Of a stretch of 64,000 bases of DNA, positions 40,001-47,788 are shown one piece after another. The position numbers and the translations under genes are program-made. The DNA is taken from NCBI GenBank assembly GCA_965212015.1, contig OZ243037.1, positions 512,001 to 576,000 on the forward strand, in the 5' to 3' direction. The DNA comes from Cenarchaeum sp. (GTDB lineage Archaea; Thermoproteota; Nitrososphaeria; Nitrososphaerales; Nitrosopumilaceae). Numbering within the stretch: the first letter of the stretch is position 1; every line of letters begins with the position of its first letter. Under the pieces are notes generated by a model, which was not told the DNA's origin, did not search any database, and worked only from the letters and a program-made list of their open reading frames with translations.

Positions 40001-41725
40001 AAAGTCCTCCATTTTTTCCACGTCCTCAAACGGAATGTGGTTTACGGGCGGATCATTTACCTCGTCCACCATTATTGTAAAGGCCTCCTCATAAGCCACG
40101 CTTCTGTCTCCCACCAGTATAATAATTTCAGTCTCCCCGAACGCATTATTTACCGGGCTTATCCTCATGATGTTCCCGTCTATTACGACATTTACCACCG
40201 TCTCGTCGTATTCTGCCAGTTCAAATATTATGACATCGCCGTCTATCTCTGTAAAATGATCCGACAAGTCTATTGCAAGCGGCTCAAAGTCCTCTCGTAA
40301 AACATGGTCCTCCAGCCTTTCGACGTATATTATTTCGGTGTTCAGCAAGGTGTACGGAATGGCCAGTGAAAACTCGTGTATTATCGGCTCGTCTGCGTTC
40401 ACTGCAAAAAGCCTGTATCCGTCGTTTGAAAAAGCAAGCGCGCGGAACGAAAGATCTCCGTGCATGTAGCTTCCCACTATGGTCCCGTGCCGTATGTTCT
40501 CCCTAACTCCTGTTATATATTGTACGGTTCCCAGAAAGCTTGTTCCCGTGGCAAATATCTTGTGCCCGTTGCGGGAAAATTCTATGCCGCTGAGATCCAC
40601 ATCCGTGTTTGCTGGATGGTATGATTCTGTATATGTCGCCGATGTGACGTTGTACGGTGTGCTCAGATTATATCTGTGTATGCTTTGTATTCCGTTTGTA
40701 ACCAACATCGTGGACTGAATTTCGGAAAAGAGAATGTCCTGCGGGCTTATCGGCGGTGCGGCGGCAGATCCCGTCAGGTTTGTAACTCCGCCCATTGCAG
40801 CCCTCCCAATATTATACGGTTCTGGCAGATCGTATTGTATTATGCTGCTGTTCTCTTCGTCGACAACGAACATTATATGTCCGTCCCCCGAGAATGCTAG
40901 GCCGCGCACGTTTGTATTTTCCAGTTCCAGTGTCTCCTGTATGATTCTGCCGTCAAGCATGAACGGCCTTGCCAGCCCGTACTGTCTGATGTTGTCCGCC
41001 TCGTCGTCAGATATGAACAGCCTGTATCCGTCATCCGAGAACTCCATTCCGTAAATGTCGCCCACGAATACGTATTCCGGTCCGGTGGCGATCCGACGGT
41101 TCACGTCTATGGTAATCACATATTGGTTCGAGGCCGTATTGCCCATGCCGTCCGCGTTAAACGCGGAATTTGCCGGTATGGATATCGTTATCGGTCCGCT
41201 GATTGGTCCGCGGAATATCTCAAAGGCGTACATCGACGGGCTGATCTGCCTGAAATCTACCACATGCGGAAGAAACTCTGACGTCTCGCCTAGGGCAAAG
41301 ACGTCGCCGCTTTCAAAGCCGGTGACGTTTCCGTCAAACTGTACTATAAACGAGAGCACATGCCTGTTGGTGACACCGCCGTTCTGAATCTCCGATACAA
41401 GCTCGACGGACGGCCTTTCGGCATATGCCTGTGGGATCAGAAACATCACAAATGCGGCCAGGGCCAGCCACGCGGGTGTTTTTCTCACTATTCTTGTTTG
41501 TCGGCATATCTTATTACAATTTATGATCGTATAGCGCACGGTATGCGGGGAATTGGGCACGAATCTGCCAAATCATGCACCGATTCCCGCATGGGCCAGC
41601 TTTTAGGAGATGTCGGCAGACTCGTACTAGTTTGTGGTATCTGAATATTCGCATGAGGTCACTATACCAGCTTAGTCGGCTATGCACGGGCCGTGTGCCC
41701 TCCATGTCAGGACGCATGTGACAAA
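31017..41725 (+). repeat. Degenerate ~50-70 bp direct repeats (31017-31063 and 41677-41725) bracketing the cadherin-repeat gene
   Basis: CGGCcATGCACGGGCCGcGT..TGTCAGGACGCAcGTGACAAA versus CGGCtATGCACGGGCCGtGT..TGTCAGGACGCAtGTGACAAA. Confidence 0.7.
31121..41488 (-). CDS. Giant ~3455-aa secreted surface protein: Ig-like domain, beta-propeller, ~27-30 tandem cadherin-like (VNDAP...EDF...F.D.DGD) repeats, conserved C-terminal domain
   Basis: Likely GTG start at 41488 gives a signal peptide (MRKTPAWLALAAFVMFLIPQAYA). ~95-aa VNDxP/DxDGD calcium-binding-type repeats. C-terminus homologous to that of 8143-23649. Confidence 0.92.
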   Translation of the reverse strand: MRKTPAWLALAAFVMFLIPQAYAERPSVELVSEIQNGGVTNRHVLSFIVQFDGNVTGFESGDVFALGETSEFLPHVVDFRQISPSMYAFEIFRGPISGPITISIPANSAFNADGMGNTASNQYVITIDVNRRIATGPEYVFVGDIYGMEFSDDGYRLFISDDEADNIRQYGLARPFMLDGRIIQETLELENTNVRGLAFSGDGHIMFVVDEENSSIIQYDLPEPYNIGRAAMGGVTNLTGSAAAPPISPQDILFSEIQSTMLVTNGIQSIHRYNLSTPYNVTSATYTESYHPANTDVDLSGIEFSRNGHKIFATGTSFLGTVQYITGVRENIRHGTIVGSYMHGDLSFRALAFSNDGYRLFAVNADEPIIHEFSLAIPYTLLNTEIIYVERLEDHVLREDFEPLAIDLSDHFTEIDGDVIIFELAEYDETVVNVVIDGNIMRISPVNNAFGETEIIILVGDRSVAYEEAFTIMVDEVNDPPVNHIPFEDVEKMEDFEPFTVELGGRFFDRESDTLEYSVRALDKDVAETSIEGTTVTVTSIPNAHGNTTIRIIANDTQDVVRADFNLLVTEANELPEGDRFDDLELREDFGNEIIDVASHFNTIGAEFAVLSDSDLVGLEINGDQLHITSVQDAHGNTTVTIRAHLGTADREQDFEIIVTPVNDAPVPVARGDITLREDFGVERIDLAQYFTDVDGDELKYGEAVTGGIIRAGISGNTLELRSIENLHGDTLVEITANDGDLGATSAVAIMVLPENDPPYGELPTRYSLVENFKPFTINLNDRFGDPENDTLVYTAETKNIDLFGRIVDVQVNGVILTVDSVPDRTGLSRIEVTASDAEFTITRQASVVIRAGMTEPPVDTPTPDDEKPPDNKDPGPDDPRPDDDLEPPSTIDPKNNRPLADKIADVVVMEDFDAFTIDLDDHFFDPEDTNLTYGLRPGGSGTVLINLNGSGLNVEPVPDAHGTREVVIIAVDTERASADKTFNFIVTPVNDPPVAVGSFTDVARVEDFDAFPVSLAGHFADVDGDELDYTAVAAPEYVLLDITGESIRIRPVPDAHGNVTVTVTADDGAKDVGKEFAMQIEPANDPPVLAIPFDDIVLNEDFGIERIVLEGHFTDVDSDPAYDILIDNPVATVSIEEGEIVMRSISNIHGTATITVTADGVPASFGLDVMPVNDPPRATAILGGDIFEANFAPYMINLDDFFTDVDRDELTYTAGTEGGIITVEITQRSILGIGPVFDAHGGAAVSITVSDGSAEISDRFTIRVNEPKRAPEVKTTLPDRVLPEDFGSDMTDLSAHFTDMNGDELTFDVTSTGEIIGTAIIQDTLVLSSMPDINGNTTVTVTANDGNLDGQDDFELVISPVNDAPVLDVEFQDMIVDEGFDAFEIGLDVHFADVDGDELSYSVETDGGTVTAGIIRDDTLEVSSRGMAYGDVMISVTASDAEESASGAFALEVRRINEVPTSQSIPDRTIDEDFEAFDVRLADHFSDFDGDVLEYTVTESETGVISHDVSEGILTISSIPDVHGNTTIQVTADDGIANVAESFEIVVRPVNDAPVSLGISNILLDEDFVPFEIELDEHFSDPDGDILEYSVILFGKTVTVNIRDGNILEISSIKDETSNPTVRVTASDGMETAEDLFILIIIPVNDAPVLDELPDRTVQEDFGSFTIDLSGHFSDPDGDALAYDVTGQDDLVTTSVSGNVLTAESIQDAHGSATLRISATDGEATIQDEFVLTVTPVNDAPVLSSPFEDITRDEDFDSFEIEVQSHFTDVDGDVLTYGATVVGGAATVSIVNNMLEISSTSMEFGSATITVTASDGDGETASGAFVLMVDSVNDVPVLDTSLPDLTRDEDFEAFMIDLSDHFSDPDGNGLDYTVSGQDGVVTAAVSGNVLRVESIQDVNGAATLAITASDGSESIRDEFKMTVTPVNDPPVLSSPFNDITRDEDFAAITIDPSGNFTDVDGDELTYDATSVGDAATVSIVNNMLEITAASMEFGSATITVTASDPDGETASDEFILTVESVNDAPVLDSPLPDVTRDEDFEAFTIDLSIHFSDPDGNNLNYAVDNQGEIVTTGISGSILTVSSVLNAHGNSTLTITASDETESIQDSFEMTVTPVNDAPVLSSPFNDITRNEDFATFMIDPSGNFTDVDEDELTYAVAADVDVVTVRITDDNMLEITSTDMAFGGVTITVTATDGDGETASGTFGLTVDSVNDEPIQNLPLQDRTEDEDFNSLTIDLSDHFGDPDGGNLDYTVTGQDGIITTDVSGNILTISSIQNVHGTATLAITASDGSESIQDSFEMTVTPVNDAPVLSSMFNDITRDEDFAAITIDPSGNFTDVDGDVLTYDATSDVGVVTAGITNNGVLEIIAASMEFGSATITVTATDGDGETARGTFTLTVDSVNDAPVLDSPLPDVTRDEDFEAFTVMLSDHFRDPDGTGLEYTVNESTGGVVSLSIDGSTLTIDPIQNAHGNTMLTITASDGPESIQDSFEMTVTPINDAPVLSSLFNDITRDEDFAAITIDPSGNFTDVDGDDLTYGATTDVDVVSVVITSDDMLEITATSMAFGSATITVTAGDPDGETASDEFILAVDSVNDAPVLDSPLPDVTRNEDFEAFTIDLSIHFSDPDGGSLDYTVEGQDGVVTADVSGNVLTVESIQDLNGAATLMITASDGSESIQDSFVMTVTPVNDAPVLSSPFKDITQDEDFVSFEIEVESHFTDIDGDDLAYDVTVVGGAATAGITGSNMLEITSTAMAFGGVTITVTATDIDGETARGTFVLTVDSINDAPILDSPLPDVTRDEDFGVILIDLSIHFSDPDGDALEFDVTGPASLISASASGNTLTLGSLQDLNGEATFEITATDGRITIRDELKMTVNPVNDPPTLETGFVDLGRDESFAPFEIEIESHFADVDGDDLTYNAMATGGAARVEITEADMLKISSVGMAFGDVVITITADDGMESARDTFVLEVGYVNDIPVIDMPLRDVTMLEDFEPFEIRLGDHFSDPDGNDLAYELVVMEPNILRARISGEMMEVSSVKDANGNSTITVSASDGMGEIRDTMKVTVTPVTDPFRIIVPNISSSYPVAEPIRLQFLIADDEDITGPIVFSTVDDSATGYGSITVDGVFEWTPEQDGEFDLMVTAIDVSDPRNSDMAMVALHVAESGDDGTNSQWRTKPTFGVSYIWGDKLVDCGYSMDGTCRDVLSYHVDYTEHIRTNSTHDFELKTSAPNGLRMLGIGFGVDGIGFPVNTAEAQITVRLERDYDSDSTYSIVGTEYDDKNGIISHDAGVSIKREKCLPTDKEDTCVVLSIKDVTFREEMYDTPFVIHALDSKRYTTVHYMNDGLEVTGKSMNAPPQYNITRHVLGQPGTTDLTLVRTDKLADVWTDQLGYQWTKNSYGTWMSLTTPSPNMASACTDVNKRSCDAFGAKLEWHMEKMEDLRDAAYGVRAPEFDGTGGR

Positions 41726-41849
41726 TCTTGGCATTTCTTCGTGGTTTGATGCCATGAAATCCCGGCTTTGTGTACTGGCAAACGATTGCCGTCTATTTGT
41801 GCCCAAGGCCTTGCGATTATTTTTAATACCGGCTCGGGATATTCTGGGC

Positions 41850-42182
41850 ATGAAGGAATATCTGGAAAAAATTCACGTTGAGAATTTCAAGAGCCTGAGG
41901 AATTTTGATATCGAGTTGGGCAAATTCAACGTCCTTGTTGGCCCCAATGGTTCTGGCAAGACCAATGTTCTGGAATTATTCAAATTCATCAGCTTGTGTG
42001 TTTCCCCCGATCGAAACCCTCCGCATCCTTTTTCTCCCTGGCAGGGTTTTAACAATATTGTGTGGTCTGGCAAGGAAGAGCTTTTAATTTTGTTCTCGTT
42101 ACAGTATTCCATGCATGATCCTTGTTTATCGCATCTGGGGAGTGCCACCAAGGATTTACACTCCGTAGATCTGACACTTTAA
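41850..42182 (+). pseudogene. Truncated AAA_21/OLD-like ABC ATPase (N-terminal ~90 aa only)
   Basis: IHVENFKSL..NVLVGPNGSGKTN (Walker A). No signature motif or Walker B follows; the ORF ends in unrelated sequence. Confidence 0.75.
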
Positions 42183-42420
42183 CCATAGGCATGCTACTGA
42201 ACAGTTCTTTATATAAGCCATCTAATCACACTGAATAGTTCTTTATATAAGACACAGAACCCTGCTGAACGGCCACTCTGGTACGCCTGCAATCCAGCTC
42301 GGAGGCAAAATGGCGATCTGCCCGGCCATCTGGCAATCCAAAGCCATCAGGGAATTGTGCAGATGCGCCAGAATCCGCCCCAGAAAATAATCAAGACCGG
42401 TGTGCGGAGCAATATCTGAC

Positions 42421-44271
42421 CTACATCTTTTTTGTCGCCGGAATCCCAAGCAGGTCCATTGCCTTTTCCAGCGTGGATGCAAAAGAGCTTACAAGGCACA
42501 GCCGGGCGTTTATCCTTGCGGCATCAGAGTCGAGAATCCTGACATGCTCGTAGAATCCGTTGAATGCGACTGCGAGGCCGTGGCAGTACCTTGCCACCAC
42601 CTTGGGCGAAATGTTGTTTGCGGCATCAGTCACGCATATTGCAAACGTGCCTATCATCTTTACTAGCTCCCTCTCATAGTCGCCATCCAGCAGCCCGTAA
42701 TCTGCGTCAAAATCAGGCGCAGAGCCGTGCCTCTCCAGGACCCTTACTGCGCGCGCATAGCCGTACTGTATGTATGACGCAGTGTCACCCTCCAGGCTGA
42801 GGGATTTTGCCGCATCAAATGCGATGGGCTTGTCCAGATCCTGCCTTATCATCTCGTATCGGATCGTGGCCACGGCAATGTCGCCGGCAATGCCCCGCAC
42901 GGACGCATCATCGAGTAACGGGTTTTTTTTCCTCGTCTCGTCTTGCGCCCTCTTTCGTAACAGCTCAAGGACGGTGTCGGCGTTTACGTACAGGCCCTTC
43001 CTGCCGGACATTTGCGCAGGCTTTGCCCCAAGCTCGCCGGCAGTCTCGCCGCTGAGCGTGACGGATTCGTAGCTCAGGTGTACGTACGCATTGTCGGACT
43101 GGAACTCGTCTATCAGCGACTTTATCATCTGCTGCAGGCGGAGCTGGCGCGAGTCAATCACGGTGATCACCCGCCGGCCGGAAAAATCCCGCCGGGGTTT
43201 TCCGTCGTATGGAAGGACCGTCTGCCAGAGCGTCCTTCCGGGCTGCTCCCTCTTGTATTTTGCATAGCCGAACGGATCGTCTATCAGCCCTAGCTTCCAT
43301 GCCGCATACGGTATGTCCTTTGCCATGTATGTGGCAGTGCCGTCGCTTCTCACCAGCACCTTGTCGTCCTGCCCGTCCCTGCCGCGTATTACCCAGCAGC
43401 CGGAGTTTCTGCCGTCTGATTCCAGCTCTATGAGCTTCATCTTTTTGAGCTTGGCAAACACGTCCCCCCACATGCCGGACCGGATTATGTGGGACTCGAA
43501 ATTGAGACAGTCGTATGTCACCGACAGGCTCCAGCACGTCTCTAGCTGCCCGTCGAGCACCCTTTTTGTCATCCTGTCTGCGAATCGGGCAGTATCTGAC
43601 GTGCCGTCCTCAAGCTCCCGCAGTATCTCCTGGCGCCTCTCCTTGAGGCCGGGATCCTGCTCGTATTTCTTTGTGGTCTGCACGTATACCGTGTCGCCGC
43701 AGTACTGGTCAAACTTGCCGGGCGGATCCTGCTCGAATCCCAGCTCCATAAACCCCAGCACAATGTCTGCCACCTGCAGGCCAGAGTCATCAACATAATT
43801 GAGCACGCTGACGCAGAATCCGGCCTTGCGGAGTATCCGGGCCACGGTATCACCTATCACTATATTCCGGACGTGGCCTATGTGCAGCGCCTTGTTGGGG
43901 TTTACGCTGGTGTGCTCTATTGTAATTGCCTGCCCGCCCAGCGAGACGCACCCGTAATTGCCGCGCATCGAGTCGGCAATCACGGCCTTGTTCATCGCAG
44001 GCCGGTTTACAAAAAAGTTCAGGTATCCGGACTTGTGCGCCTGCGTCTCTGATACGAGGCCGCCGCAGGCATACCCGTCGGAGAGCCTGCCTGCAATCTC
44101 AAAGGGGCTTGTCCCCAGCCGCTTTGCCAGCAGGAACGGCGCATTGGAGGAGAGATCCCCGAACTGCGGCCTTGAAATCACTACTGCAAAGTCGACTGAC
44201 GGCATTCCCAGCTTTGAGATTGTCCCCGCAAGGTTTGCGCGCACCTCCCGCATGAGGGACTCGTAGGTCAT
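42421..44271 (-). CDS. argS: Arginine--tRNA ligase
   Basis: EHTSVNPNKALHIGH (HIGH), QMSGRKG (KMSKS-like) and YIQYGYAR. Likely start MTYESL at 44271. Confidence 0.96.
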   Translation of the reverse strand: MTYESLMREVRANLAGTISKLGMPSVDFAVVISRPQFGDLSSNAPFLLAKRLGTSPFEIAGRLSDGYACGGLVSETQAHKSGYLNFFVNRPAMNKAVIADSMRGNYGCVSLGGQAITIEHTSVNPNKALHIGHVRNIVIGDTVARILRKAGFCVSVLNYVDDSGLQVADIVLGFMELGFEQDPPGKFDQYCGDTVYVQTTKKYEQDPGLKERRQEILRELEDGTSDTARFADRMTKRVLDGQLETCWSLSVTYDCLNFESHIIRSGMWGDVFAKLKKMKLIELESDGRNSGCWVIRGRDGQDDKVLVRSDGTATYMAKDIPYAAWKLGLIDDPFGYAKYKREQPGRTLWQTVLPYDGKPRRDFSGRRVITVIDSRQLRLQQMIKSLIDEFQSDNAYVHLSYESVTLSGETAGELGAKPAQMSGRKGLYVNADTVLELLRKRAQDETRKKNPLLDDASVRGIAGDIAVATIRYEMIRQDLDKPIAFDAAKSLSLEGDTASYIQYGYARAVRVLERHGSAPDFDADYGLLDGDYERELVKMIGTFAICVTDAANNISPKVVARYCHGLAVAFNGFYEHVRILDSDAARINARLCLVSSFASTLEKAMDLLGIPATKKM

Positions 44272-44421
44272 GGCGCCCCGCCCGCAGGATGGCGCGAGCC
44301 GGTACGGCCGCATGTGTCTGGCGCGCAAGGCATGGATTTCGCATGCCGCCGTTCCCTTGTTAATGTTGCTAGGGCGCAAAGATAAAGGAATATTTACAAA
44401 AAAAAACAAAGGTGGTGTGAC

Positions 44422-45531
44422 TTGGGAATCCCCGAAAAGATCAAGGCCATCCAGGACGAGATGGCAAAGACGCAGATCAACAAGGCCACCGAGCACCACG
44501 TCGGGCTGCTAAAGGCAAAGATCTCAAAGCTGAGGCGCGAGCAGGAGGACAACCAGTCCAAAAAGGACGGCGCAAAGTCCGACGGATTTGACGTGAGGAG
44601 GGCAGGCGATGCGACAGTCGTGTTCATCGGGCTGCCAAGCGTCGGCAAGTCAACCCTGCTAAACAGGCTGACAGACGCCAACTCCGCCATAGGGGCATTC
44701 CAGTTTACGACGCTGACAGTGGTGCCCGGAATGATGGAGTACAAGGGGGCAAGAATACAGGTGCTTGACCTGCCCGGGATAATAAGGGGCGCATCAAGCG
44801 GAAAGGGGCTCGGAAAGAGAATCCTTGCAGTTGCGCGAAACGCCGACCTGGTGCTGCTGATACTGGACGTCTTTCAGCCGTACCACGAGGACGTGCTGGT
44901 AAACGAGCTGGGAAACATCGGGATACGCCTCAACCAAAAGCCCCCCAACATAGTAGTCGAAAAGACGCACACCGGCGGCATAGCGGTGGCGCAGCAAAAA
45001 AAACTCACAAGGACGTCTGAAAAGTTCCTCAGGGACATACTGCACCTGTACGGGTACAGCAGCGCAAGGGTGGTCATAAGGGAAGACATCAGCTCAGAGC
45101 AGCTAGTGGATCACATTTCGGGAAACAAGACGTACGCAAAAGCGCTGACCGTAATCAACAAGATTGATCTCGTCGACAAAAAGTTCCTTGACACCCTAAA
45201 GACAAAGATAAAGTCCAGGTTCATACAGGTATCTGCGGACTCGAATCAGAACATCGAGGAGCTCAAGGAGAGGATATACGAGGATTTGGAGTTCATCAGG
45301 ATATACATGAGGCCAAAGGGCGGCGAGACGGACTATAAGGAGCCGCTCATCATGAGAAAAAACGCCACGATCGGAAACGTCTGCGACAAGCTGCACCGGA
45401 ACATGAGAAAGCAGTTCAGATATGCGATGGTCTGGGGGGCAAGCGTAAAGTTCGGCGGGCAGCGCGTCGGAATAAGCCACACCATGCAAGACGAGGACGT
45501 GCTGACGATAATCAAGACGAGGGGAGTATAG
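44422..45531 (+). CDS. drg: DRG/Obg-family GTPase with TGS domain
   Basis: NKATEHH, GLPSVGKS, FTTL, DLPGII and NKID motifs; C-terminal TGS domain. Confidence 0.95.
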   Translation: MGIPEKIKAIQDEMAKTQINKATEHHVGLLKAKISKLRREQEDNQSKKDGAKSDGFDVRRAGDATVVFIGLPSVGKSTLLNRLTDANSAIGAFQFTTLTVVPGMMEYKGARIQVLDLPGIIRGASSGKGLGKRILAVARNADLVLLILDVFQPYHEDVLVNELGNIGIRLNQKPPNIVVEKTHTGGIAVAQQKKLTRTSEKFLRDILHLYGYSSARVVIREDISSEQLVDHISGNKTYAKALTVINKIDLVDKKFLDTLKTKIKSRFIQVSADSNQNIEELKERIYEDLEFIRIYMRPKGGETDYKEPLIMRKNATIGNVCDKLHRNMRKQFRYAMVWGASVKFGGQRVGISHTMQDEDVLTIIKTRGV

Positions 45532-45670
45532 ATCGGATGCGCCGGTTGCAGGATCGATCTTTGTGCGATCAGTAAAAGATTTTCAAAAAAAACCGTGTAT
45601 AATTTATAATCACTTTGTGTAATTTTGTTTAGTTTTACTATAGAAAAGGAATGAAAATGACGGTTTAGCC

Positions 45671-46006
45671 ATGGCTACGAAAAGAAAAGCAGCTAGAAAG
45701 GGCGGCGCCAAACGCAAGGCCAGCAGTACCAGACGCAAGACGACTGGAAAGAGAAAGACTGCGGCCAAAAAAGGTGCCAAACGCAAGACCGGTGGAGCAA
45801 AGCGCAAGACCGGTGGTGCAAAGCGCAAGGCCAGCAGTACCAGACGCAAGACAACTAAAAGGAGAAAGACTGCGGCCAAAAAGACGGGTGCCAAACGCAA
45901 GACCAAGCGCAAGACGACCAGGCGCAAGTCTTCAAAGACAGGCACAAAACGCAAGGCACCAGCCAAGAGAAAAGCTGCTTCAAAGCGAAAAACGAAAAAA
46001 AGGTGA
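45671..46006 (+). CDS. Lys/Arg-rich histone H1/protamine-like basic protein
   Basis: 111 aa, ~50% K+R, no D/E, KRK repeats. AT-rich TATA-like sequence upstream and T-tract downstream. Confidence 0.8.
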   Translation: MATKRKAARKGGAKRKASSTRRKTTGKRKTAAKKGAKRKTGGAKRKTGGAKRKASSTRRKTTKRRKTAAKKTGAKRKTKRKTTRRKSSKTGTKRKAPAKRKAASKRKTKKR

Positions 46007-46427
46007 GATCGCCACGATTAACAGTCGTCAACACGGTTGGCGATTGTTTACTTTTTTAACCCCATTTTTATGAACCATTCAGGAATTCTCAAGCAGGGAT
46101 CATTGTACCTTCCAGGGACAGTCATTCTGATTCGCGCCATCCGGCCGCCGCAAAACCGGATCAATGCCTTGTTTTATCAGCACCATTCCTCATGCCGTAA
46201 TCCCGCCCCGCAGCCCATGCCGGCGTCGCGTCCGGAATTTTTTCCAGCGGATATGGATTGCGCCATGCCACAATGCACGCCATCAGATGTCACCCCGGAA
46301 TCATGCGTCCATGCATTGTGTGACAGTCAGTTTTGTCGTATTTCTGGAATCCACGCCCATTGCGACACACAATTTTGCTAGCCCCCGTTTGTCACCCTCG
46401 CCGCAGCCCGCATCCGGCGAGGCAAGG

Positions 46428-46930
46428 TTATTCGGATGCGGCATAGAGTTTCATGGTGCGTGCAATCTCTTTGAACTCAAAGTCGTTTTGGACAAGCGCT
46501 TCCAAAAGGTCCCAATCAATTCTCCTGGAACAGTACACTGCAGGCAGGTGCAGATCCTCCAAATCCTGAATCCCTTTTTGCCCTGAATTTTGTCCCTTCA
46601 GACAGATCGATTTTATCCCATCCCCCTTTTTGCCGACAGGGAATGTCGTCCTCGTCTCGATAATCCTGTCCAGAGAAATCCCGTTTAAATCCCTAGAATG
46701 ATAAACGTCGATCTTGAAATGTCTTGGAGTGTATATTTTTTCCCCGCCGTTTTCATTCACTATCCCGGATTTAGAAATTCATCCCTTTTCATTTGTCTGG
46801 GAGTTACAGAGCCAATATCTTGTGATTCCCGGCTTTTTTTGGTATGCAAAAACACGGCGACTGCCCCGACAAATGTGGCATCAAGCTCATCTGCAATCAG
46901 AGCCGCCTCCTCAACGTATGGGTTCAGCCG
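46428..46930 (-). pseudogene. Frameshifted nucleotidyltransferase (AbiEii/type IV toxin-like)
   Basis: Overlapping the upstream gene's stop: LNPYVEEAALIADELDATFVGAVAVFLHTKKSRESQDIG (G.A..h..R...DiD-like). A stop/frameshift follows near 46765, then KIDVY, then KFRAKR / QDLEDL split across frames. Confidence 0.6.
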
Positions 46931-47606
46931 GCAGATCCTCCTGTACCTTTAGCAGCGTTTCTATCATGAATCGAGCCCCGGTGGAAATCTCGCCTGCATG
47001 CCTCAGCTGGATTGCAATCGCATCCATCGTGCTTCTTCCCCCCTTTGCAACGCAGTCCAGAAAGACCCTTTCTGCGATATTTTCAAACGTTCCTGTTTTC
47101 GGAAGGATTACGACGTTTCCCTTTTTCCCCTCCCGAAAGTTATTCGTCTTTAAAAAAAGCGCCGTTTTTTCAGCATCATCCACGTATGCATAAAGCTCAC
47201 GAACAGACTGGAATTTGGTCATTTGATGCGCCGGATAATCCAGCGTCATTATTGCGTTTTTTGGCAGGTTTCTCACCATGAAATTAATGTCAGATGACCC
47301 GTATGATCTTCCGAATCTTCTTGCCTGAACTAGCGCGACAAGCGAGGGAACAAGTTTTTCCAAGACGCAAATCGGCTGTGAAACGACCTCGCTTTTGATG
47401 CTAAACTGTCCCCTGCGGTATTGCGCCAGTCCTATTTCCGATAGTTTTTTTATTTTTCTATAAACGGTTCTTTGATGAGTTTTTTTTGCCACGTCTTTTA
47501 TCCTGTATGCCGGCCTAGGCAAAAGCCCCTGGGCAAACTGCAGCGCGTCCTGATATGGCAAGATGGACATTGTTTCGTATTTCATCGCATTATGTGTATA
47601 TGCCAA
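46911..47606 (-). CDS. AbiEi-like antitoxin / transcriptional regulator (N-terminal wHTH)
   Basis: RTVYRKIKKLSEIGL wHTH-like segment; C-terminal ERVFLDC..GGRS.DA motif; translationally coupled to the NTase remnant. Confidence 0.6.
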   Translation of the reverse strand: MAYTHNAMKYETMSILPYQDALQFAQGLLPRPAYRIKDVAKKTHQRTVYRKIKKLSEIGLAQYRRGQFSIKSEVVSQPICVLEKLVPSLVALVQARRFGRSYGSSDINFMVRNLPKNAIMTLDYPAHQMTKFQSVRELYAYVDDAEKTALFLKTNNFREGKKGNVVILPKTGTFENIAERVFLDCVAKGGRSTMDAIAIQLRHAGEISTGARFMIETLLKVQEDLPAEPIR

Positions 47607-47788
47607 GTATTTATAGTTTAGACAAAATTATACAGTTATTTATATACTGTGCAATGTTATACGGATTGGGAAAAGCGCCCAACAGCGTATGCCCGTAAAC
47701 GGGATTTGTGACACTGGCACAAATAACAAGACGGCCGCATGCATCCGGATCAATGCCTTGTTTTATCGGCACCTACCGTATTGCCGCC

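Larger units (their letters stand above)
46156..47773 (+). repeat. 29-bp direct repeats (46156-46184 and 47745-47773) bracketing the AbiE-like module
   Basis: CCGGATCAATGCCTTGTTTTATC[A/G]GCACC, 28/29 identical. Confidence 0.85.

Noticed and set aside
8-41387. Many plus-strand S/V/T-rich ORFs (up to 535 aa) over the giant genes
   Set aside because: Antisense shadows in register with the minus-strand codons. They repeat with the host repeats and show no independent motifs.
42196-42255. CRISPR mini-array
   Set aside because: Only two ~23-bp copies with a ~11-bp gap and no cas genes.
45610-45966. Hydrophobic 118-aa membrane-like ORF
   Set aside because: Antisense shadow of the K/R-rich gene.
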